From positions 7,316,001-7,380,000 of the forward strand of contig OZ281500.1 in NCBI GenBank assembly GCA_965637545.1: a stretch of DNA of 64,000 nucleotides, read 5' to 3'. The notes below the pieces were generated by a model. It did not search any database and was not told where the DNA came from. It saw nothing but the letters and a program-made list of their open reading frames with translations. The DNA comes from Phallusia mammillata. Lineage: Eukaryota. Shown here piece by piece: positions 54,319 to 64,000 of the stretch. The stretch's first letter is position 1. Each line of letters begins with the position of its first letter. Position numbers and translations under genes: made by a program.

Positions 54319-57005
54319 ATGGTAAGCGATGTTGCGCCTGGTTTCGGAAGCCAGTTTCAGGAAATTTCTGCGCTTTTAAACAGTATTGTCTCCCAAGTGG
54401 CTGTCAGAAGTTTGGATTATTGTAAAACGAAAACTGTTGATGATGCGCTATGTTTACCAGCTGCCCCTAAAACACGAACGGACGACAAGTGCGAAACTGC
54501 CCATTTTTGCTCTGTTGGTGATGTGTTCAGTTTACCAGGGTGTCAGCAAAACTTTGATTTGACATTAGAAAATACTGTAGCTGAAATTGTCAGTGAACTG
54601 GTCTCTTCAACCATGGTTACCTGCAAATCCAGCAGCCCGATTCAAACATGTTCTTCAAAATTCAGTCAAACAGACAAGCTGTTGCCTGCTTACAAAACGA
54701 AAAGTGAGCAGTTTTCATGGTTGCAAGTCAACAATGAAGTGACATTTCTGATGGAAGACATGCTTGACCGCATTTGTAACTTCAAAGCAATTGAAATCCA
54801 AACAAGCTCAACTGAAAACGGTACTTCCAAACAATGGCCGGATCAAAATATATCTGATCCTACAGAATGTAACAAGATTGCTGATCAATTGCCAAGTAAA
54901 ATAAGTCCGCCATGCAGTAGCTCTTCTAGAGAAGAAAACGCGTGTCCAATGCACATACTCTCAGAAAATGATAGCCCAACTCCAAGCTCCGACATTTTTC
55001 AGGGTGGCGATATATTGGCAAGCTCTAAACAAGACTGTCCACCGCAAGGCTTATCGCCTAAATTAAAAGCTGAAGCTGACCCTTGGTTGCAGTTTGTTTC
55101 AGGCACTCGGAGTCCATCTTGCCACAATGCTGACCCTGTCAACAACGTCGATTTCTTAAAATGTAAATCGGAATGTATCTCGCTTCGTGATTTAGAAAAG
55201 AGCTCTCCAAACGAGATGGAGTTACCGACTGAAAAACGGCAAACATCAACTCTTATCAACACCGCTTCGGGTCAAATCATTTTACGGTACGAGTAGAAAA
55301 AATTGTATGCTATTTGTACATAAAAGCTTGCAACCGTTTGTTTACTTCAGGCCCACCGACATAACAAACAACTCCACCGTCATGAGCTGGAAGCCGTACG
55401 CATGGAAAGAAAGTGCAGGTAGCTATTTAATTTAGGTGTGGTTGCAAAACAAATAGCCATTCTTTCGCAGACGCTTACGCTATCGCTGGAAAATTTCCAA
55501 ACTGCCAAAATGAAATTCCAGAGCGCTCATTACCAACCCCTACCCCAACGCCTGACAACGATCCATCAATCAACTCCCACTTACAGGGAGGAAACGAGTA
55601 TGTTTCTAGCGCGACAAGCACGCCTCAACTGTTCGACAGTTCACAAATACCAAACAACCAACACGACTGCGGAAACATTTTGTCAAAGGATGCAATATCA
55701 CAAACAAATGCTGATGATTTTTTTACTCGTGTTGTTCCGGCTAGTGATTTACTCTGCGACAAAACAATGGTTAACCAGTACAGCGGGACCCAAGGGAGCC
55801 AGGCCAATGACCGATTTGTTCCTGAAGTGGAAAACAACATACAGAACACTTCTTTGTCTCATCAACTTGTTGATAGCCCACATGTCACACCTTGCAGTGT
55901 GAGTAACGTGCCAATATATAATGAAGAACGTTGCTCTAATCACACGAATGCCGAAGAGGATTTAAACGGTAGCATATCAAACCAATGTCGTCCTGATGCT
56001 AACTTTCCAATGACGGACAACGCCGAAAAAAGTGTGCAAAATGTGTCTGTACCAACAAATTGTGAAGAGGACGATGGCCAGATTTTTTACGACCTAGACT
56101 CTGTCACAACATTGCCAAGCGCGAAGGTAAATCAAACACTCACTGTATCAGACGTGCTTAGCCAATTCCAGAATCGGGATTTGGATCAAGAAGTCCCTGT
56201 GACGAAAGATTGTGAACTAACATCAACCCAGGATAGTGACGATGAATCTATGCACCCATGTAATAACAAACAACATGTCAAAATGCAAAAGGAAATTCTA
56301 TGTGACACAAGTGACATGGAGTATGAAACAGAGACGAACAGGTAAACAAGACATTTATTGTTTATGTTGGACAAGCAAGTTGCATCTAGTGGTGTTTCGT
56401 TCTGTTGTTACATTTTTTAAAACCATTTATCGTTGTTTTCTATTGACAGTTTCTACGACAAATTCTATTCGTCAAAGATGCAAAACGCAAGTAAGTTCAA
56501 AATAACCTATGATGGTACAATAAACCTCGTTAAAACCGGATTCGGTAAACCCTGATCTTTGCATAATTCGGACAAAACTTGAGGTTCAAAAGATGTGTAA
56601 AGTGATAAGGCTTTAACTAATCGACTTCGTATACACCGGATCTTCATATAACCGGGAAACATTTTTTGGTCCAAACGGGTCCAGATTAAGCGAGGTTTAC
56701 TGTACTTCCTTATCAACACTATCAACGTTTGCAGTGATTTTGTAAAAAAGCAGCGCTGTGTTGCCAAGAAAACGAATAGCTTGAGCCCATAAAATAAAAT
56801 ACCTTATACATTATGTTTAGGTTGTTGGCAGTCTGTTAATATGTAAGTTTTTGTCTTAAACCATTTAAGTCTCGAAACATTTTTAGGGGCAGAACGTTTG
56901 GAAAGGTTACAGCCGCTTCGAACTTGCGTGCGGCCACGTCGAATAGGACTCTCACGAAAGCACCGGGTATCACCTCTCCATCCTCGCTACACCCCGTACA
57001 AGTAA
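54319..57005 (+). CDS. Large Ser/acidic low-complexity protein with a C-terminal RAD51AP1/RAD51AP2-type RAD51-binding motif; exons 54319-55286, 55351-55418, 55471-56341, 56450-56490, 56887-57005 (true N-terminus may lie upstream)
   Basis: All five exons join in phase; the last exon gives RAERLERLQPLRTCVRPRRIGLSRKHRVSPLHPRYTPYK*, resembling the RAD51AP2 tail ([25 protein letters not shown], from memory). Confidence 0.75.
56518..56702. mobile_element. Tc1/mariner (pogo/Tigger-like) MITE, 185 bp, intronic
   Basis: TIR CAATAAACCTCG / CGAGGTTTACTG flanked by TA on both sides. Confidence 0.85.
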
Positions 57006-57920
57006 ACTAGTATGAGTTGCGTTTTACCAGGTTTGTTGGTTTGCCCTTAGTCGGTTTTCATTTCTTAGTTTCTGTTTCGTATGTGCAAATTTCGTTAGTT
57101 TGTTTCTGATTGCAATTATTTTTGGTACGTTTAAATTATATTTACGTTGTTAAAATAAAAACTATAAATTTGATCTGGCTAAATTGCAAACCGATTCGAA
57201 TAGGCTTCTTTTTTATGTCTTCATACCTCCTCTACCTGTGCCACATTATACTGCTTTACAGCTTAACTTTAGCCTAAATACTAGCCCATTACAGTTAAGC
57301 AAAATAAAGCTAAATTTTCGCAAAAGCGCACAGGCTGTAACACTGGCGTTGAAAGCAGACTGCTGCCGTATACACACAAGCAGGAAAAAAATGTTGATCG
57401 AGTACGTCCGCTTTTGGTTTGCCACAACACGTTGCTAAATTTCCCAGAACTGTCAAGGACATTTCGGTATACATGCGGCTAATTTTCCACGACAATTTAC
57501 ACAAGCGACATTGGTACTCAAAAAACGCTTTTTATTTCTAAACTGAGCCTGTGGTTCGTGGACATAGCCGTCGTAAATTAAACAATTACTTATTTGCAAC
57601 ATACAGTACTTGATCTAGACGCCAGCGCCAAAAGCAAGTGTAGAAAACGTTGTAGAAATACTGCAGCCCAACTCGTAGTACAGTCTTTGTAGGCCAAAGC
57701 CTGTATCTCAACATACTGCACAAGAGGTGCTTTTCTGAAATAACGTCTTGCATGCCGTAGCTGAGATAGCAAGAAAGCTTTGTGACTGGATTGCCTCTGT
57801 CAGCATCTACTTGCCAGACGTAGCAACATCAATTTGTTAGACATGAACAATAAGCCTTTCAGGCAGTCGCGGGGCCCATAATGCATACAGTAAATACGTT
57901 TTTACATTTTTCATACATTT

Positions 57921-57992
57921 TTCACGCACGCAAATCAATCACAACAAATCATTTTTTTCACGCATGCAAATCAAACACAACAAATCATTTTT
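57921..57992 (+). repeat. 36 bp tandem repeat, two copies
   Basis: ttcacgca(c/t)gcaaatcaa(t/a)cacaacaaatcattttt twice. Confidence 0.9.
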
Positions 57993-58582
57993 TGCTGAAA
58001 TCTAGCATTAATACTTCTCTACAGGCAATGAAACCAATACCTACTTGGCATATTACTATGCAAGCAACCGACATCCTGCTACTGAGGTCTAATGCAAATA
58101 TCCATAATGTCAGTTTAAAAACTTAGTCCAAAGCAGGTTCTCGTATTACAAACGCTTGGTGGAAACAAAAGGTCGAAAAACCAACACTACAAAGCAAATT
58201 TAAACAAGGTTGGCTTGAAAAAAATAATAGTCAGGCTATCATTGCGTCAGCTGAATATATAACTTTCCTTTTGTCTGAACTGCAGCTGCAAAGACCGCAT
58301 TTGGGTCGACCTGTCTGGTTTATGTTTTTACGTGACTGAAATTCTGGTTAAATTAAACATGACAAAATCGGTGGCTTTCTTGCGCTTTATAGTGGGACGA
58401 TTTGATCCCTAAGTGTAATTTGTAAACCAGTGGCATAATACAACGTGAGTTCGGGTAATTTATTTGCATCTTTTTAGGAAAACCGCCGAAATATACATCT
58501 GTTACTGTACACGGCAAATAAAGCAGGCAAAGCACACGAAATCGAGCAGGCGTCATTAAAAAACGTTCGATTAGACACAAAG

Positions 58583-61500
58583 CTAAAAGTGATGCATTGC
58601 GTCTTCGTCGTAATCAAGCAGTGCATCGAGAATCTGAATAGATCGCGATTGTGCTGGAGCTGGTGATGACCGTTCTTCCTTGTGCACCAGCTTGTAGACA
58701 GCAGTGCCTTTATCCACTGGTACGTTTTGATCGCTAAATTGGGAACATCGTTTTGTATTAGTTAGGGCTCGAAGGTGATGCAATTCTAACAAACTCTGTA
58801 ATTAGTTTTTTGGGCTGCATTTTGCTGACAAACAAGCCAAGTACACTTAAAAATGGGAGATTATAGGCAGAACAAATTATGATTTAGGTGAAAATTGTTT
58901 ATGCTAAAAGGATTATTTTATACTAGCACTGACTAAAATTAAATGGTATTTTCAAAAAAATACAAACAAATGGCGTTATTTTTTCAGTGATCAAGTCGTC
59001 CAAGATATTCACTTTTCAAGTTTTAAAAATATGAATATAACAACTTAACCAAGAAAGTTATGAGTTATCACTAATTGATTTCTCCACAAACGCTAAAAAG
59101 TAAGAACGTGTCCAAATGCAGATTGTCTAAAACAGTGGCCAAAGCCCAAGAGCAGGGGTTCTTAGCCAGGGTTGCACGCACCCCCAAGGGGTGCGAGAAC
59201 TGTTCCTAGGGGGTGCGGGGATTACTTGTATAAAAATTAAATTACAATGGTTTTGTTATTTAAGACATTACAGAAGTGGGTGCGAAAGTTGGTTGGTGAT
59301 TTGAAAGAGGTGCAGCAAGGAAAAAGATTAAGAACCACTGCCCTAATGTACAAAAAATTCAACCAACCCGAAAGCTGCTGGGTCTGGCACATCAGCACCT
59401 CTAGCGGCAGCTGTGTTGACGAGTGTGTTGACAATCTGATTGGCGCTGTACATTCCAACTGGAGTGTTGTATTGCGCATGCACGATGGTGGCTGACAAAG
59501 GACCCTCGATCTCGATACGCTGACATGGATAAGCAGCTGCTGCGACCTTCAATGTGTTGCCAGGGTTTGTGCTGAAATAATTCTCATACATTTTTAGGAA
59601 ATTCAAGTTATATTAAACATACGACATTTCATTTGTCTTGCAAGATATGGCATTATCCTGATGAAGGCGTCTTGTATCAGTTGTATGGGACTACGAAACG
59701 TCGATTATTTATAATAAAACTGCTGGAAGAGCAATACTCGTTTATACTCTATGCCTGGCAGCAACAGTTTAATAAATAACATTTCAAGTTTTTCATAAAT
59801 TGTGCTGTCTATGATCACTCTACAATCTATGCAAGGCGTATACCAAGTCACGGTTTACAGAAAAACATGTTAGAAAACAAATAGTTTACTCACATTCCTG
59901 AAGGTTGTTTTCCTTTCAGTCGCAGTTTATCCTGAAATTGTGAAATATCAAACTTATTTTTTTGCAGTCAGAAACGTTTTAAAGTGGTAAAACATCGACT
60001 TACGTGAAGCCATTGAACTTGTGGCTTGAAGTCTGGTGCTGGTTTTGGTGGTTTCATTTGTCGCCGAATATAATCGGGCAATTTCTTTTGTTTAGTTCCA
60101 TCGCTGTTACAAAAGGATACATATTAGCTAAAAATTTTAGATAGGCTACTCACCATACGCTGGCTTTACCTATCATTAGTTGTTGATTCGTCGTCATCAT
60201 ATTTTGCATCAAAATCCTCAATTTCAACTTTCTTTGGCTTGTTTGTTCTGGGTTTAGGCGCCGGTGGTGGTGGTTGGGGGCTTGCACAAACTGGGTTTGG
60301 GGCTAGTTGGGGACTGGGACTTCGAGTGACTGGGGGCAGGAGACTGGGACTCTTGGGTACCAGTTCACCGTTGGGAGTCGAACTACGTACTTCTTCCTGG
60401 GCAGCGTTGCTGAGAAAAGCAAGTTTAAAAATTATGTACCGTCTAATAAGACATTTGTAAACAGTAGGTTTAGCTGATGAAAGGTGACAAAACATGTTCT
60501 TAATAATAAGACACTCGTGAACAATAGTTTTATCATTATCGGTCTGTACATGCGTAAAAAACTGAATATTTTGAGATAAAAAGGTAGCGAAAGCTGACAA
60601 GACATTGTGTGGATATAAATTGTTCTTTATATGCACTGTTTTCACTAGTAAGACATTCGAAAACAATATCTCTCTGTGCATGTGTAAAAAAGGTGGTTAT
60701 TTGCATGAAAAAAGCAAGTGAAAGCTGACAAAACGTTATGTGGTTTGCTTGCGACTATTGATTTAGTGCAAAACAAGCTAGTGCGTGTTTCAGGAGGTGG
60801 TGTTCAATTCTAACCGCTTTTCTCGACTATCGCGGGCATCACCGCGCTTTGTTTTGCCCTTGCTTCTTCGTCCGACTTTGATGGTAATTTTTGGCATGTT
60901 GTTCGAGCCAATCTGTACCCCGTTAGTGTCTGCTTTCGTAGCATCCCTTCTACCGGTTCCATTCATCAACACCAAACCCACCTCGCTTTGACAGTTTTTG
61001 TTTGGACTGGTTACGTTTATAAAAACATCTTTTGGCGATCTATATTTAAATTATCTTAACTTGACTTGATTCTTGTGAAAAATTATGTCAAATTACTGTG
61101 GGTGGTCAAAATTTTTTGTAAATGTTTCTCAGGTCACTTATGGTTAGAAAACTTGCAATTAAATACTTAAATTATGTAATAAATATGCGTACCTTATTTG
61201 GCTCGAAGGTCTTTCACTGAAAAACATTGTACATTAAAATGTTAGTTATAGAATTATTTTTTCTTTACATAACCTTAATCTTTCCATGATAATCATATTC
61301 TATGTTAATATGATTTACCTGAGGGGCGTCATCACTAGTTGACTTCTTGGTCGTTCCCTGTAAAAACACAATGCGTTGCATTTTGGTTGCCACATACCAC
61401 ACTAAAATGTTGCTTTGATTTAAACAGATTTAGTTCAATTTATTGGTCTTACATTTCTGACACGGATGTGAAGTTGGCTTCAGAGTGACGTTTCTTGTTA

Positions 61501-62981
61501 AGTGTTTGTTCGATTTCTTCTTGACTGTAATAAAAGTAATGAAACATGTAAACAAAAAAGCATGAAAAGAGGTTGGTTGGAACGACATAAAAGTGTTAAA
61601 TTTGCCAATTGACAGACCCTTGATTTAGCGTGGACAGCTACACATTTCAGTACATGATTATTAACAGCAACAAAGACCGCTTCGAACGGTCAGTTGGCGA
61701 TGACAGGGCAGGGATGCCTTGCATACAACAACTGTTAATAGCTGCCATTCGCACCCTAAAACACGTCGGCCCTGTTTTCCAGCAGTCGTCGCAATCCATG
61801 CTGATGACACAGACCCAAAATAGAATGACTGATAACAACGATTAGTGATGCACCAGAAGATGGAGGGGTAAAGGGAACAACAGACTTTTGCGGTTGTGCT
61901 TGGGCATTTAAAGTGCTCTTGTAAGCAATTTGGGGAACACGTTAAAGTACTTTCCCAAATTTTCGGGATTTTTATTTCGTTTGAAGTTTGATAGATTGGG
62001 AACAAAATGTGTACTCGTTACTGCACGCCCAATTACTTTGCCATCCACCAAATACACAAAGGCTATGCAACCCCTAATGAATACAAAAATGATATTTTTT
62101 AGTAGTTACAGGAGGACAATTTTGATTGTTTTGACTTCAGTAACTACAGTAACGGCCTGGTATTTTTTTTTACTTAACAGGTCAAAATGTAGCTAAAACA
62201 GCCACAGAACGTGGAAAAACAAGACACGTTGAATTTGCATGTCACAAAAATAGTCAGGCTACAAACTAAATTACAGCTATCGCCGCTGTACTTTTAAGTA
62301 TTATTTACCTCAATAGAGTCATGTGAAGCGTCAAACCAGACAACTTGACCCTTTCCATGATTTCGGGCAGATCGTTGTCACTGATGGCAAAACCATTGAT
62401 AGCAACCAGTACATCTCCTTGCATCACATTTGCCTGTGCAGCTTTACCGCCAGGTGTCACCTTAGAATCAAATGTGAGTTTTTGACAAAAGCACTTACAC
62501 TCATGCAGCTGAACTCCAACCGTAGCAGATTTTTATGTAAAGACTTTGTTCCATACTAAATCAAAATCATACATTTTAATACAAATTATTACAAAATTTA
62601 GAGGGCACAGACATAACACATATACTTGCAGAAAATAAAAAAGAATGTATGAGTGGGTGTAACGCAACAACACGTTTTCGAAACCTAATTGAAAGGTGTT
62701 GAGTACTAAATTTATACCACTTCTCTCCATGTGATTAATGAACAGTCTGTCGGCAATAGGAGAAACCACTGTTTGGGAAAGCACATTTTCTTACCAAACT
62801 GGATTTATATTTTTTGATGAAGGAAAACTTGTTTCAGGTTTTTGGTTTAAATTTGTTTATGCAAAGTTAATTACTGACGATTACTTACCCGTGATACCAC
62901 AACTGGTTTAAAGTTCAGGGGTCCACCAGACAGTCGAAAGCCCCAAGGGGAACCTCCCGACATTGACACCTCATAGGGCAT
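58583..62981 (-). CDS. ALP/Enigma (Zasp/PDLIM) family protein: PDZ + ZM + AM motifs, no LIM; exons 62981-62889, 62460-62309, 61524-61453, 61357-61319, 60985-60815, 60409-60170, 60103-60004, 59931-59894, 59571 to about 59399, about 58789-58583
   Basis: MPYEVSMSGGSPWGFRLSGG...VVSR|VTPGGKAAQANVMQGDVLVAING (PDZ); IVHAQYNTPVGMYSANQI (ZM); VDKGTAVYKLVH...QSRSIQIL (AM-like). Junctions in phase except that the last one is uncertain. Confidence 0.85.
59153..59340. mobile_element. hAT (Charlie-like) MITE, 188 bp, older insertion
   Basis: TIR CAGGGGTTCTTA / TAAGAACCACTG; internal CCCCAAGGGGTGC motifs; flanks CCCAAGAG / CCCTAATG match 5 of 8. Confidence 0.75.
59651..59770 (+). ncRNA. Second minimal hammerhead-like motif, antisense to the host Zasp-like intron
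   Basis: ATC CTGATGA AGGC GTCTTGTA[TCAGTTG]TATGGGAC TAC GAAAC GTC GAT; the base of stem II has mismatches; downstream tail homologous to 27779-27825. Confidence 0.55.
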
Positions 62982-64000
62982 TTTTAAAGCCGCCTATAAC
63001 ACCAAACTTGCTAATCCTGAAAATTAAAAAACCTGCTAAAATTTGCCCCTATTATTCTCAACTATATAGACTAAGTAACTATACTAATGCTTTTTCATGT
63101 TTGTTACTGCTTCCATGGGGCACTAAAGCCTAATGATAGCCGAGCAGTTATCTTCCCGAACACTTCGTTTATCACAGAGCAATTCGTTTCTTCGTCGCCA
63201 TTCTGATTGGCTAATTACGGAGCAAAGAAGAAACCAAGATTGTTGAGTGACCCCGTGGTGTTAAGGTCATTTGTCACTTTTGCTTTGCATGTCGGGGTGT
63301 TGACAGGGTTGCTGTACATCACATTGTTTCATACAACTCAAGCTGTTGATTACTGCTACAAGATCAAGTCGTGGCCAAGGGAAAGGTTTGGTAACTTTGT
63401 TTTGTTTGATTGCATTTGTAAATAATACCATATTTTGTCCGCCTTTTAGGTGAAAATATGTGACCTGGCCTTTTACATAACCAAGTTCAGTGTTTCTCAA
63501 ACTTTTTTTTTCTCAAACGTTACTGCACAGTAACTAACTACTGTACAGTATGAAAACCACAGCATATACACGTATACATCAATTTGACTCATATTAAACA
63601 ACAAAATGGAATTCTAGCATTGCCAAGCACAACCGAATTTTGTCATCATATCCTAAACATGTGATGGTAGTTGCACTTTTCAAAGAGATCTTTCTGGGGC
63701 AAATTGGAAAACCCCTCATGGCACACACAAATAACAAAAAGAAGTGTGAAAATATGGCTGTTTTTCAAATTTACTGCAAGACAAATATTTTCGACCAATC
63801 ACATCATGTAGAAACCGATTTTAGAAGAGTGTGACGCACGTTTTACTGTTGTTGTACCTTGGAGGAACAATTTGTCAATGCCACTCTTTCAAGCATTGTA
63901 ACATCGCGTTCCGGTCTATGTGGAAACGACAATGGAATTTCATGCCGGCGCATCTGTAAAGAAAGTTCTATTAGATTGTTTACGACAAACACTTTATTTC

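Noticed and set aside
57590-57860. Possible LIM or extra exon between the convergent genes
   Set aside because: No LIM Cys/His spacing in the frames I translated; most likely 3' UTR sequence.

Overview
Eukaryotic, AT-rich, compact genomic DNA with short GT-AG introns. Gene content and style suggest an invertebrate chordate, most likely an ascidian (inference). No CRISPR, rRNA or intact tRNA gene was seen. Exon structures were reconstructed by hand from splice sites and reading phase. Recognised genes in order: 3' end of CDC27 (+), DNA polymerase eta POLH (-), HIF1AN/FIH-1 (-), orexin-receptor-like GPCR (+), Mos kinase (+), GT10 alpha-1,3-fucosyltransferase (-), a large low-complexity protein ending in a RAD51AP2-type motif (+), and a PDZ-ZM-AM Zasp/ALP-family protein without LIM domain (-). 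There are also two or three small orphan gene models, several hAT and Tc1/mariner-type non-autonomous elements (two with perfect TSDs) and two tRNA-derived SINE families. Main points of interest: (1) a family of fold-back elements built on minimal hammerhead-ribozyme cores (Penelope-like pLTR type), one sense-oriented inside the last HIF1AN intron with its own antisense arm; (2) a Pol eta tail carrying both a UBM-like motif and a UBZ; (3) a RAD51AP2-like gene apparently outside vertebrates; (4) Mos with an exon-encoded activation-loop expansion; (5) an orexin receptor with NRW in place of DRW. All homology calls are from remembered motifs, not database searches.
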